From an uncultured Verrucomicrobiota bacterium (lineage in GTDB: Bacteria > Verrucomicrobiota > Verrucomicrobiia > Limisphaerales > UBA8199), in assembly GCA_964631605.1 (NCBI GenBank), contig CAZVYG010000017.1, positions 10,964-74,963 on the forward strand: DNA of 64,000 nucleotides, given 5' to 3'. The position numbers and the translations under genes were made by a program. Under the pieces are notes generated by a model that saw only the letters and a list, made by a program, of their open reading frames with translations, ran no database searches and was not told the origin of the DNA. Below are positions 43,304-53,789 of this stretch, in pieces (the first letter of the stretch is position 1; each line of letters starts with the position of its first letter).

Positions 43304-44623
43304 ATGAAGAACTCTGTTCACGTTAACGGCATCACACGCCGTCACTTTCTTGCCACCAGCACCCTTGCGCTTGCCGCTCCAACACTCATTCCCGCATTCG
43401 CCCTTGGGCGGGGCGGCCAGCCCGCGCCGTCCGAGCGCATCACGATGGGGGTGGTGGGCTGGGGGATGATGGGTCCCGGCAACACCGATGCCTTCCTCGG
43501 CATGAAGGACTGCCAGGTTCTGGCCGCGTGTGACCTGGATCAAAAACATCTCGAGGCGGCCGTCAACCGCATCAACAAGCAGTACGAAAACAAGGACTGC
43601 AAAGCCTACAAAGACTATCGCGAGATGATGGCCCGAAAGGACATTGACACGGTGATGCTGGCCGTCCCGGACCATTGGCACGCCCTCACTGCGGTGGAAG
43701 CCGCCCGGCAGAAAAAGGATATTTACGGCGAGAAGCCGCTGGCACGCACCATCGCCGAGCAACAGGCCATTGTGAAAGCGGTGCAGGCCAACCAGCGGAT
43801 TTGGCAGACTGGCTCGTGGCAGCGCTCTCAAGCACCGTTCCGCAAGGCCGCCGAGATTGTCCGCAACGGCCTGATCGGCAAAGTCACCCGCGTCGAAGTC
43901 GGACTCCCCGCCGGCCACCATGATTTCGCCGGCACCAAGAATTTCATGACCCCTTCGGATCCGCCGCCCGAGTTGGATTACGACTTTTGGATCGGCCCGT
44001 CGCAGATGGAACCCTACATCAAAGGCCGGGTCCACATGAACTGGCGCTGGAACTACAATACCGGCGGCGGCCAACTCCTGGATTGGATTGGCCACCACTG
44101 CGACATCGCCCATTGGGGCCTTGACGCCGACAACTCCGGTCCCTCCGAAGTTGAGGGAACAGGCGAGTTTCCTCCCAAGGACGCGGTCTGGAACACTTGC
44201 ACCAAATACCGGATCACTTGCAAATACCCGGGCGGTGTCGAGCTGGTGATCGCGGGAGGTCACTCGGACATCCGCGGCGGAACAAAATGGATCGGCACCG
44301 ACGGGTGGGTCTGGGTTGACCGCGGTGGCTTTGATGCCTCCAACACGGATTGGTTTGCTCAAATCCCGCCTGAAAAATATCAGGTCAAGCTCTACCGTTC
44401 CGACAGCCACCACCGCAATTTCCTGGACTGCGTCAAGACCCGCAAACCGACCATCACCCCGGTCGAGACCGCTCATCATTCCGCCATTCCGGGACACCTG
44501 GGGCTCATTGCGATGCTTGTCGGCCGCAAAATCAAGTGGGACACGGCGACCGAAACCATCGCCAACGACCCCGAGGCTTCCAAGCTCCTCACACGACCTT
44601 ACCGTTCGCCGTGGAGAATCTAA
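43304..44623 (+). CDS. Tat-exported Gfo/Idh/MocA-family oxidoreductase
   Basis: TRRHFL twin-arginine signal; GVVGWGMMG, VPDHWHA, YGEKPL and WIGHHCDIA motifs. ATG 43304. Confidence 0.93.
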   Translation: MKNSVHVNGITRRHFLATSTLALAAPTLIPAFALGRGGQPAPSERITMGVVGWGMMGPGNTDAFLGMKDCQVLAACDLDQKHLEAAVNRINKQYENKDCKAYKDYREMMARKDIDTVMLAVPDHWHALTAVEAARQKKDIYGEKPLARTIAEQQAIVKAVQANQRIWQTGSWQRSQAPFRKAAEIVRNGLIGKVTRVEVGLPAGHHDFAGTKNFMTPSDPPPELDYDFWIGPSQMEPYIKGRVHMNWRWNYNTGGGQLLDWIGHHCDIAHWGLDADNSGPSEVEGTGEFPPKDAVWNTCTKYRITCKYPGGVELVIAGGHSDIRGGTKWIGTDGWVWVDRGGFDASNTDWFAQIPPEKYQVKLYRSDSHHRNFLDCVKTRKPTITPVETAHHSAIPGHLGLIAMLVGRKIKWDTATETIANDPEASKLLTRPYRSPWRI

Positions 44624-44796
44624 AGTAACTTGGGCGGTTTGGTTGGTTTCAACGCAAAAAAAACCCATTGGATGGGCATTAGACTTGCGCAGTGGGCTGT
44701 TCTTGCAATAAAGTATGGTGAAGTCAGTTAAACCATGCGTTCAGGAACCATGAATTGCAAGTACGGCAGCAGCCGTGCTGAAGTTGGATACACCCC

Positions 44797-45537
44797 ATGA
44801 GAGCCTTGCCTTTTCCCCCCGTGGCGCCGCTGCGGCGGGCCTTCACCCTCATTGAGTTGCTGGTCGTCATAGCAATTATAGCGATCCTCGCGGCCATGCT
44901 GTTGCCCGCCCTGGCGAATGCGAAGCGGAAGGCCCAGCAAACCGGCTGTCTGAACAACCTGAGGCAGACCGGGATGGCCCTCCACATGTGGGTGGATGAT
45001 AACAACGGCTGGCTGCCGCCTGGGGAAGGCTCCAGCTTCGGCCTCTGGCACGGTCAACAAACCAGTTACAACCAGAATACCAAGTCCGAGCTCATCTACT
45101 ACCTGGCCACCTATATGGGTTACAAGGCCCCGGATAACGTGACCCGTTTGGCTCCCGCCATGTTCTGCCCCGGCTACCAGCGTTACAACGAAAACCGGGC
45201 GAGCACTTTGATGTCCAACGTGACGGTTTATGTTCGCACCGTTCCGCGGCAGGCGGGGTTGACCAATGCGGACGGGAGCGTGGTGTTCGATCCGTTCGGC
45301 TATCCTGTTTACCAAGGCAACCCACCGTTGCCGCCCCATCGCCTAAGCGAAATCGCCGGGGTGCGTCCCTTTACCGATGTTTTCCTCATGATGGATGCGG
45401 ACCAAATTGCCTTCCCCACGGCCGGCTGGGTTGACCAGTTACCCAAGCAGCCCGTGCACGGGCGGGTCCGCAATTACATTTTCTTCGACAACCACGTGGC
45501 AACCCGCAGGATCGGCCCCAAGGGCTCGCTTCAGTAG
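44797..45537 (+). CDS. Prepilin-type N-terminal methylation domain protein (DUF1559 / H-X9-DG-like)
   Basis: [27 protein letters not shown]...CLNNLRQ; C-terminal [13 protein letters not shown]. Confidence 0.9.
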   Translation: MRALPFPPVAPLRRAFTLIELLVVIAIIAILAAMLLPALANAKRKAQQTGCLNNLRQTGMALHMWVDDNNGWLPPGEGSSFGLWHGQQTSYNQNTKSELIYYLATYMGYKAPDNVTRLAPAMFCPGYQRYNENRASTLMSNVTVYVRTVPRQAGLTNADGSVVFDPFGYPVYQGNPPLPPHRLSEIAGVRPFTDVFLMMDADQIAFPTAGWVDQLPKQPVHGRVRNYIFFDNHVATRRIGPKGSLQ

Positions 45538-45743
45538 TTGTTACCAGCCCGAGTGCGGCCCCGGAGGACTTCGGGGTTAGACGTTCACCCCTCGATGTCC
45601 GGCGCCAGGTTCACTTTAGCTTGTGAGGAAGCGCCGTGCGCATCTCCGGGCCAGCCCCTAACCCGATTCGAGCCGGGCAAAGGGGGTTTGCCGTTGTGGC
45701 GTTTCGCCTTCGAGGTTCGAGATCCCATTCCCAAGGTTCAATC

Positions 45744-48700
45744 ATGCGCTTCACCCTCTGTTCACCACATCTCTTCTTGACGGGGGCTCTCGCCTTCCTG
45801 CTCGCGACGCTGGGCCCCCTGCCTGCCATTGCCCTGGGCACCGGCCTGACGGGTGAGTATTTTGACAACAGCGACTTCACCACCCTGCGCGCGACCCGGA
45901 TTGACCCGACTGTGGACTTCAATTGGGGCGCCGGCGCCCCGACCAACACCATGGGCACCGACACGTTCTCGGTCCGCTGGTCTGGCCAGGTCGAACCCGA
46001 GTTTTCCGAGACCTACTCTTTCCATGTCACCGCGGACGACGGCGCCCGGCTTTGGGTCAACAACCGGCTGTTGTTTGCTCGCACAACTTATTCGGCGGCC
46101 GCCCTGGAGATGTCCGGCCGGATCAATCTGGTCGCCGGCCAACGCTATAATATTGTCCTCGAATTCATCGAAGGGGCGGGCAACGCGCAGGTTCAGCTTG
46201 CGTGGTCCAGCCCCAGCCGGCCCAAAGAAATCATTCCACAAGGGCGGCTTTATCCGGCGGTGGCCGCTCCAGAAAGCGGGTCAATTCTCGCTGAGACCTG
46301 GCTCAATCTGCCGGGCACCAATGTCGCCACCCTGACTTCCGCCCCGAACTATCCTTCCCGGCCGGACGGCCGCGAGTTTCTGACCTCCATGGAAACACTC
46401 CAGCCGGATTGGACCGATGATTACGGTACGCGGGTTTCCGGTTTCCTGCTGCCGCCCCGTGACGGAACTTACACCTTCGCGGTCGCCGGCGCCGACGCGG
46501 TCCAGCTCTTCCTGAGCCCCGATGCCAGCCCTGCCTCGAAACAACTCATTGCCTCGAACAACACCCCCACCGGCCTCCGTCAGTTCAACCTGCTGCCAGG
46601 CCAGGTTTCCGCTCCCGTTGCCCTCAACGCCCACACGAAGTATTACGTCGAACTGGTTCATAAAGCCGGCACGGGCGCGGACCACTTTGCCGCCGCGTGG
46701 ATCGAGCCGGGCGGTTCGAACTTCACGATAATCCCCGCCAGCGCTCTCATTCCAGCGGGTCTTGACCGCGCCGCTCCCGCCCAAAACAACTACCTCGACA
46801 CCCTCACCGGATCGCACCCCCGGTTGCTTGCCTCGAGCCAGCGTTTCGAGTGGCTCAAACGAACCCTCGCCTCGAACTCGGTTCCCCAGCTCAACTCGTG
46901 GTGGGCCACGGTCAGTAATTCGGCCTCTGCGATGCTCTCCCAGCCGGTCAATGTTTACAACCAGGACGTGCGCGGCACCATCCTTGCCGTCAGCCGGAGC
47001 GTGGTGGATCGCATGTACAAGCTGGGCCTGGCCTGGCGCATGACGGGCAACAACATTTTCGCCGAGCGCGCCTGGGCCGAACTCGAGCAGGTTGCTTCCA
47101 CCAACTTCCCCGATTGGCACCCGGCGCACTTCCTGGATACGGCGGAAATGACCCACGCGTGCGCCATCGGCTACGACTGGCTTTACGATTACTGGACTCA
47201 GCCGCGGCGCGACACCATCCGCACTGCGATCATCAACAAGGGGCTGAACCCTTCGCTCACGCTCTACACCAATAATTCGAGTTGGGTGGCCTCCTCCGCC
47301 AACAACTGGAACCTGGTCTGCAACGGGGGCATGATCCTGGGCGCCCTGGCGATCGGCGCCGAGAACGAACCCCTCGCCGAATACGTTCTCTCGAAAGCGG
47401 TCGCCTCCGCCAGGCTGGTCATGCGCCATTACACAACGGACAACGGCGGCTGGTATGAGGGCCCCGGTTACTGGGATTACACCACCGATTACAACATGCG
47501 CCTCATGGCCGGCCTGGAATCGGCTCTTGGCTCGGATTTCGGCCTTAGTGCCGTCTCTTCGGTCTGGGAGACGGGGCTGAACCCGATCTACATGGTGGGT
47601 CCGTTGAAGCTCTCCTTTAATTACGCCGATGCAGGAGCCGGGAACATGCGCGGACCACAACTCTTTTGGCTCGCGCGCCGCCATAACCGTCCCGAATTCA
47701 GTTGGCATGAGCGCAACAACGCTTCGGTCGAACCGCTCGATCTTCTGTGGTACGATGGCCGCGGCTTTGATCCACAAACCACCGGTCTTCAGCCCGACAA
47801 TTACTTTCGCGGCCCCACCGGCACGACGCCGTACGCCACCGCCGATGCGGTAACGTTGCGTTCGCGCTGGCAGGACACCGATGCCACTTTCGTTGGGACC
47901 AAGGGCGGCGAACTGGGCGCCAGCCACGGCAACTTGGATGCGGGCAGTTTTGTGCTCGACGCCCTCGGCGTGCGCTGGGCGCATGATCTCGGCGGGGATG
48001 ATTACGCGCTGCCCGGCTATTTCGGCTCGCAGCGCTGGACCTATTACCGCCTGCGCGCCGAGGGCCACAACACCCTGGTCATCAATCCCAGTTCTGCCGC
48101 TGACCAGACCGTAGGGGCCAAACCGCCGGTCATCCTCCATACCTCGGAACCGAACGCCGAGCGCAGCGCGGTCGTTCTGGACCTGACCAGCGCCTACTCC
48201 GTCTCGAAGGTCTGGCGCGGGATTCAGCTTTTGCGCAATCGCCGGTGGGTGCTGGTCCAGGACGAAATCCGTGCCGGCTCGCCCGCCAACGTCTGGTGGT
48301 TCATGCACATTCATACCAACAGCGCCGTCACGCTTGATCCCTCCGGGACCTCCGCCATGCTGACTCAAGGTTCCGATCGTCTGTGGGTGCGCATCCTCGA
48401 AGGTGGGGGCACGATCACGGTAAGTAATGCGGTCCCGTTGCCCACCTCTCCGAACCCGGCCGGGCAAAATCCGAATGCGAGCTATCGCAAACTGGCGGTC
48501 AACCTCGCAAACGTCACCAACACGACCTTCGCCGTTCTTTTTGTGCCGCTGTACCCTGCTGAAACCCCGCCGACCAACTTTCCGCCCATTGTGCCGTTGG
48601 CTGATTGGGGCGCGGCGGACACCAACGCCTTCGGCATCGTCTCAAACCAACCGCCGGTGGCGGTTTCCGCCCAAGTGGCCGTCGGCGCGGGTACTCCCCT

Positions 48701-50669
48701 CGATCTGGACCTTCGCACCCTTGCCTCGGACCTCGAGACGCCAGCCGATCAGCTCTTGTTTGCTGTGCTGCAGCCCACCAACGGGACAGTCTCCCTGTTG
48801 TCCGATGGTCACACCGCCCGGTTCATTCCCTCACCCGGTTTCACGGGTCCGGCCTCGTTCCAATTCAGCGTGGTGGACACCTGGCCGGATCCCCGCCTGA
48901 TGGCGCACTTCGACTTTGAACCGCCGGAGGACACCCTGGACGGCGCCATCACCGACCGTTCGAGTCGGGCGGTGCCAGGTATTCTCACCACCGTCGGTTC
49001 CGGAACCAATTACCTTTCGCCGGACACCCCGCCGCAGCTTGGCCTGCGCTCTTCTCAATCCTTGCTCCTGCGCGAAGCCGGAGACTTCAACGGCTCCCGA
49101 CTGGTGGCCTCTGTTAACCCCGCAGACCTTGACTTTAACAAAGACGACTGGACGTTCACCGCCTGGTTTAAGCGACTCTCCAGCACCAACGACGATTTTC
49201 TGTTCTATATCGGCAGCAGTGATGGATTCGGGTCGCCCGACGAGTTCCAGGTTTATGGCCCCTCGGGGCAGAACTCGCTGACCCTGCGCCACTACATCGC
49301 CACGACCACCACCGATGCCGACCTGTCGGTCGGGGGTGTGGTTCCCGGCCAGTGGTATCACGCTGCGGTCTCCTTTCGCTCCACGGCAGGGAATACGGGT
49401 GAAATCGCCTTTTACCTGAATGGCAACCTTGTGGGTTCCGACTCTTCTGTAACGTTGAACATGGCCTCGGGCTCCTCGGCAGTGTTCGGCGGTCACATGT
49501 CCTCCAGCTTTGCCATCACCCGCTGGTTCAACGGGGTGATTGACGACGCCACGATTTTCCGCGGTGTCCTCTCCCCGCAGGAAATCTCGCGTCTGATTTC
49601 CCTGCCCGCGGCCTATCGGGGCGGCGCCCGCGCCACCAACACCGTTTTGCTGACCGTGCTGCCGCCCAACCAACCTCCGACCATGACGGCCCTGTCCAAC
49701 CTCTCGGTGATCGCAGGCGCCCAGCTTTTACTGCCGGTGCCCGCGGCAGACCCCGACTCTCCGCCCCAGCGGCTCGTTTTCTCGCTGCTGAGCGCCCCCC
49801 CGGGCGCCGCCATTGACCCTGGGTGGGGTGTGATTTCCTGGCGGCCGACAGTCGCCCAAGCCGGCACGACCGGCCTGTTCCAAGTCGTCGCCACCGAAGC
49901 GGGCTGGCTGACCAACCTGGCTCCGGAAGCCGATGCCTATGTCCGGGATGGAAGCTACGCCTCCCTGAACTTCGGCTCGGATCCGCTGCTAACGGTTAAA
50001 CTGGGCGCCAGCGGTCTGGCCCGGGAATCCTACCTGCGCTTTCCAGCTCCCGTCATGCCCGGGTCGCTCGCCGACGCGGTGCTTCAACTGACCCCTGTGG
50101 CGACCAACGTGCCCGCCCCTCACCTGCTGGGCATGGTTACCAACGACAACTGGAGTGAATCCGCCCTGACGTGGAACAACCGCCCGACGTCGTCCGCCGT
50201 TCTGGCCAGTTGGACAGCGCAGGCCGGTGTTCCGATTCAAGTGCCGCTGGCTCCGTTGTATGCGCAGGAGCAGGTCGGTGATGGCCTGATCTCGTTGCGG
50301 ATTTACGCTACCAACACGACCAGTGACGGAAGAGTGGACTACGCGTCGCGGGAAAACTCCCCTGACCTGGCGCCCCGCATCATGGTTTTCAGCACCAATT
50401 GGTCCGCGCTGAGTGTCACGCAGACTTTCCTGGTATCCGTCGTTGCCCCTCAACCGCCCCGTCTTGCCCCGCTGGGCATCCACCATGGCGCGTTCGAGTT
50501 TCGGGTCAGCGGCGACCCCGGCCCGGATTACACGGTGCAGGTTTCCACGAACCTGCTGCAGTGGACCACCCTGCTAACCACCAACTCAGCAACGGTTCCT
50601 TTTACCCTCGCCGATCCCGTTTCGACAAATTGGCCCGTGCGGTTCTACCGGGCCTTGCTCGGGCCCTGA
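45744..50669 (+). CDS. Giant secreted modular protein: PA14 x2, heparinase II/III-like lyase module, Ig-like, LamG-like, cadherin-like, DNRLRE/CBM96-like, FYR tail
   Basis: GLTGEYFDN...TFSVRWSG (PA14); HPRLL, HFLDTAEM, NNWNLVCNGG, EGPGYW and HGNLDAGSF (heparinase II/III-like); EADAYVRDG...RESYLRF; ends RFYRALLGP. Confidence 0.82.
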   Translation: MRFTLCSPHLFLTGALAFLLATLGPLPAIALGTGLTGEYFDNSDFTTLRATRIDPTVDFNWGAGAPTNTMGTDTFSVRWSGQVEPEFSETYSFHVTADDGARLWVNNRLLFARTTYSAAALEMSGRINLVAGQRYNIVLEFIEGAGNAQVQLAWSSPSRPKEIIPQGRLYPAVAAPESGSILAETWLNLPGTNVATLTSAPNYPSRPDGREFLTSMETLQPDWTDDYGTRVSGFLLPPRDGTYTFAVAGADAVQLFLSPDASPASKQLIASNNTPTGLRQFNLLPGQVSAPVALNAHTKYYVELVHKAGTGADHFAAAWIEPGGSNFTIIPASALIPAGLDRAAPAQNNYLDTLTGSHPRLLASSQRFEWLKRTLASNSVPQLNSWWATVSNSASAMLSQPVNVYNQDVRGTILAVSRSVVDRMYKLGLAWRMTGNNIFAERAWAELEQVASTNFPDWHPAHFLDTAEMTHACAIGYDWLYDYWTQPRRDTIRTAIINKGLNPSLTLYTNNSSWVASSANNWNLVCNGGMILGALAIGAENEPLAEYVLSKAVASARLVMRHYTTDNGGWYEGPGYWDYTTDYNMRLMAGLESALGSDFGLSAVSSVWETGLNPIYMVGPLKLSFNYADAGAGNMRGPQLFWLARRHNRPEFSWHERNNASVEPLDLLWYDGRGFDPQTTGLQPDNYFRGPTGTTPYATADAVTLRSRWQDTDATFVGTKGGELGASHGNLDAGSFVLDALGVRWAHDLGGDDYALPGYFGSQRWTYYRLRAEGHNTLVINPSSAADQTVGAKPPVILHTSEPNAERSAVVLDLTSAYSVSKVWRGIQLLRNRRWVLVQDEIRAGSPANVWWFMHIHTNSAVTLDPSGTSAMLTQGSDRLWVRILEGGGTITVSNAVPLPTSPNPAGQNPNASYRKLAVNLANVTNTTFAVLFVPLYPAETPPTNFPPIVPLADWGAADTNAFGIVSNQPPVAVSAQVAVGAGTPLDLDLRTLASDLETPADQLLFAVLQPTNGTVSLLSDGHTARFIPSPGFTGPASFQFSVVDTWPDPRLMAHFDFEPPEDTLDGAITDRSSRAVPGILTTVGSGTNYLSPDTPPQLGLRSSQSLLLREAGDFNGSRLVASVNPADLDFNKDDWTFTAWFKRLSSTNDDFLFYIGSSDGFGSPDEFQVYGPSGQNSLTLRHYIATTTTDADLSVGGVVPGQWYHAAVSFRSTAGNTGEIAFYLNGNLVGSDSSVTLNMASGSSAVFGGHMSSSFAITRWFNGVIDDATIFRGVLSPQEISRLISLPAAYRGGARATNTVLLTVLPPNQPPTMTALSNLSVIAGAQLLLPVPAADPDSPPQRLVFSLLSAPPGAAIDPGWGVISWRPTVAQAGTTGLFQVVATEAGWLTNLAPEADAYVRDGSYASLNFGSDPLLTVKLGASGLARESYLRFPAPVMPGSLADAVLQLTPVATNVPAPHLLGMVTNDNWSESALTWNNRPTSSAVLASWTAQAGVPIQVPLAPLYAQEQVGDGLISLRIYATNTTSDGRVDYASRENSPDLAPRIMVFSTNWSALSVTQTFLVSVVAPQPPRLAPLGIHHGAFEFRVSGDPGPDYTVQVSTNLLQWTTLLTTNSATVPFTLADPVSTNWPVRFYRALLGP

Positions 50670-50709
50670 CACGGTTCAGACGCGGGGAGGCCGTGCGCAA
50701 AGCCCCGGC

Positions 50710-52242
50710 TCAGCAGGCTTGCCGCAACTGGCGGACCAGGGTGCGGTCGCGATCGTAGATGTTGACGCAGAGGGGCACATGCCCGGGCAGCGCGTGGGTC
50801 GCGCAGCCGAAGCAGGGATCGTAGGCGCGAAAGGCCATTTCCACCATGTTCAGCAGGCCATCGTCCACCTTGCCCTTCTTGATGAGCCCCTTGGCGGCTT
50901 TGTCCACGCTCATGGCGATGCGGGCGGCATTGTTCTGCGTGGCGACGATCAGGTTTGCCATTTGGATCAGGCCGCGTTCGTCGGTTTCGAAATGGTGGAA
51001 CAGGGTGCCGCGCGGGGCTTCCACGACGCCAATGCCCACCTTGGGTTTGGCCTGCGGGATTTCGCGCAGGTTGGTGCTGGTGATTTCGTGGTCGTTCAAC
51101 AACTCGACGATCCGCTCCGCCGCGTAAATCATTTCAACGATCCGCGCCCAGTGATTCGCAAGCGTGTGATGAACCGGCTTGCCGCCGAGGGTCTGGAAAA
51201 ACTCCTCGTAGGCTTTTTGGGCGTGGGGCGTGGCCATGCCGTCCGCGACGTTGAGGCGTGCCAGGGGCGCGACCGCATACACACTGCTCTGGGGAAACTC
51301 TTCAAAGCCGTGCCAGCCGAGCGGCTTGAGGTAACAGAACTTGATGTAACTCCAGGGTTCGACGTGTTCGGCGATAAACTCGCGGTAACGCTGGGCGGGG
51401 AACTTGGCATACTCCTTGCCGGTGGAGTTTACGACGCGGAGCTGGCCGTCATAGAAGTTGATCCAATTCTGGGCGTCCACCAGACCGAGATAGTAGGTTC
51501 GGTGCGTATAGCTTTCCGACTTGATGAGGTTGACGTATTGCGGGTTGCGCAAGACGATATCCTTGAACACCTGCAAGGTGAACAAGGCGAACTCGACGGC
51601 ATCCTTGCCCAGTTCTTTGAACCGGGGCAGGTCCTCGGGTTTGAGGCCTTTGGACACGCCGCCGGGCAGGCCCATGACCGGATGGATCACCTTGCCGCCG
51701 AAGTAGGCAATCAGCTCGCGCACGCGCCGGCGCATGGAGATGACCTTTTTGCCGGTCTCCAGCCCCACCTTCTGCACGACGCCCACCACGTTGCGCTGCT
51801 CCTTCGGTGCGTCGGGTCCCACAATGAAATCCGGGCCGCCCAGCAAATAAACATGCAGGGCGTGGTCCTCGAGCATGAAGGCGTTATAGACCAGCTCGCG
51901 AATTTTCCGCGCCGCCGGCGGAGGTTCGACCTGATAAAGGTCATCCAGCGCCTTGGTCGCCGCCATGTGATGAGCGGTCGGGCACACGCCGCAGATGCGG
52001 CTGGTGATCTGGGGCATTTCCTCCGCGGGCCGGCCGATGCTGAAGACCTCGAAGCCCCGGAGTTCGGGGATTTGCAGGTAGGCATGCTCGACGTCGCCCT
52101 GGTCGTTCAAAAAGATATCAATCTTGCCGTGGCCTTCCAGCCGGGTGATTGGGTCAATCGTAACGCGGCGGCGCTGGGCTTGAGCGGCGGCGCCCGCGCG
52201 GGCCTGGGCTTCGTTCCAAACAGATGTTGCAGCGGGGTTCAT
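50710..52242 (-). CDS. mvhA: [NiFe]-hydrogenase large subunit, MvhA-like (group 3c by gene context)
   Basis: DPITRLEGHGK, L1 motif RICGVC, EAPRGTLFHH, L2 motif DPCFGCATH plus a cleavable C-terminal extension. Confidence 0.92.
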   Translation of the reverse strand: MNPAATSVWNEAQARAGAAAQAQRRRVTIDPITRLEGHGKIDIFLNDQGDVEHAYLQIPELRGFEVFSIGRPAEEMPQITSRICGVCPTAHHMAATKALDDLYQVEPPPAARKIRELVYNAFMLEDHALHVYLLGGPDFIVGPDAPKEQRNVVGVVQKVGLETGKKVISMRRRVRELIAYFGGKVIHPVMGLPGGVSKGLKPEDLPRFKELGKDAVEFALFTLQVFKDIVLRNPQYVNLIKSESYTHRTYYLGLVDAQNWINFYDGQLRVVNSTGKEYAKFPAQRYREFIAEHVEPWSYIKFCYLKPLGWHGFEEFPQSSVYAVAPLARLNVADGMATPHAQKAYEEFFQTLGGKPVHHTLANHWARIVEMIYAAERIVELLNDHEITSTNLREIPQAKPKVGIGVVEAPRGTLFHHFETDERGLIQMANLIVATQNNAARIAMSVDKAAKGLIKKGKVDDGLLNMVEMAFRAYDPCFGCATHALPGHVPLCVNIYDRDRTLVRQLRQAC

Positions 52243-53237
52243 GATTCCTTTCCGTTGCCGTTGTCAGTCGGGAGATTCACTTTTCGACGCAACAGACTCT
52301 TGGGCAATCCATAGCGGTAAAAGGTGCCGACCGGGTCGGGAATGCCAGCCAGGACCTCGGCGATTTCCTTGCCCTGTTTGGGCGCCAGGTTGGCGCACAA
52401 GGATGACAAAATCTTGGCGCCTTGGTCCCGCACGCGGGAGGTGGGGCCGAAGCAACCGGTACAAGGCATGTTTCCACAGGTGCAGGCAGCCTCGCACCCG
52501 CCGCGCGTGGCCGGCCCCATGCATACGATTCCCTGCGCCAGGAAGCACTCCTCGGGGTCGCTGTGGGTCAGGTGAGTGCGGCGAAACTCGGCAAAACTGA
52601 GGTCGGCCGGTTTGGTCGCTTTCCGCGGGCATTGCTCGCAAAGCGCAATGTCCGGCGCCAGCACCGTGCCCCGGGGCGGCAGGTTCCCAGCCAGCAAGGC
52701 CTGCAGGGCTGCCTGGGTAATCTTGGGGGTCGGCGGGCAGCCGGGGATGTAGAAGTCCACCTCCACCACCTGGTCGAGCGCGCGGACCACGTGCCGCAGT
52801 TCCGGCAGTGTGAGGTGATGGCCTTTAATATCCGTATTCACGGCGGGCCGCACCTTGTTCGGGTTGACGACCGAGGGAGCCTCTTCGAAGACAAAACGCA
52901 GCAGGTGCTCCCGGGAAAACTGGTTCGCCAGGCCCGGGATGCCGCCCAGGTGGGCGCAGGCGCCGTAGGCAATCAGGTACTGGCTCTTGCGCCGGAGCAT
53001 CCGCGCCATTTCCTCCTGTTCACTCGAACGGATGGCGCCATTGACCAGGGTCGCCAGGATGGACTGGTCCGGCAGGGCTTCGACATCTTCCTTCTTGAAG
53101 TCCATTGCGCAGGGCCAGAAGACAATATCCACGGCTTCCACCACGCCGAGGATGTCCTCCGCAAAGTCCACCACCGCCTCCTCGCATCCGCCGCACGAGG
53201 CGCACCAGTAAAAGCCGATTTTGGGTTTAGCGGGCAT
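52239..53237 (-). CDS. mvhG: [NiFe]-hydrogenase small subunit, MvhG-like
   Basis: CASCGGCE, YGACAHLGG, IPGCPP, CEQCP and C..QGIVCMGPATRGGC...C...NMPCTGC.GP motifs. Confidence 0.9.
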   Translation of the reverse strand: MPAKPKIGFYWCASCGGCEEAVVDFAEDILGVVEAVDIVFWPCAMDFKKEDVEALPDQSILATLVNGAIRSSEQEEMARMLRRKSQYLIAYGACAHLGGIPGLANQFSREHLLRFVFEEAPSVVNPNKVRPAVNTDIKGHHLTLPELRHVVRALDQVVEVDFYIPGCPPTPKITQAALQALLAGNLPPRGTVLAPDIALCEQCPRKATKPADLSFAEFRRTHLTHSDPEECFLAQGIVCMGPATRGGCEAACTCGNMPCTGCFGPTSRVRDQGAKILSSLCANLAPKQGKEIAEVLAGIPDPVGTFYRYGLPKSLLRRKVNLPTDNGNGKES

Positions 53238-53769
53238 GGGTCATCTCCGGTTGGGCGGCGGGCGCCGCCGCTTCGTGTTGCTTGATTTCGTGGGCCAGTT
53301 CGGCCATTTCCTGGTCCCAAGCCTTAAACCGGCCGGGCAGGTCCAACGGCCCCAACTGCCGCAATCGGGCCACCATGTCGTTGACCACTGTTCGGACTTT
53401 TTCGCCTTCGCTGGCCGAAATCCACTCGAGACGCAACCGCGGTTCTTCGATGCCCAGGTCGGTGAGCATTCGCTTGAGCATTTCAAACCGGCGGAGAGTC
53501 TTGTAGTTCCCCTCCACATAATGACAGTCCCCGGGATGACAGCCGCCGATGAGCACGCCGTCGGCTCCCCGCGCGAAGGCTTCGACAATAAACTGCGGGT
53601 CCACGCGCCCGGAACACATCAGGCGGATCACGCGGATATTCGGCTCGTATTTGAGCCGCGATACGCCCGCCAGGTCCGCCGCCGTGTAGGTGCACCAGTT
53701 GCAGAAGAAAGCCGCGATGCGCGGCTCCCACCCCGCCGCTCCAGGTTTTTGGTCACTCATGCGATCCAT
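53227..53769 (-). CDS. mvhD: [2Fe-2S] hydrogenase/Hdr coupling subunit MvhD
   Basis: FCNWCTYTAAD, MCSGRVDP, GGCHPGDCHY and EWISASEG motifs. Confidence 0.95.
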   Translation of the reverse strand: MDRMSDQKPGAAGWEPRIAAFFCNWCTYTAADLAGVSRLKYEPNIRVIRLMCSGRVDPQFIVEAFARGADGVLIGGCHPGDCHYVEGNYKTLRRFEMLKRMLTDLGIEEPRLRLEWISASEGEKVRTVVNDMVARLRQLGPLDLPGRFKAWDQEMAELAHEIKQHEAAAPAAQPEMTHAR

Positions 53770-53789
53770 GTGTTAAAGGTTTGACCGGC

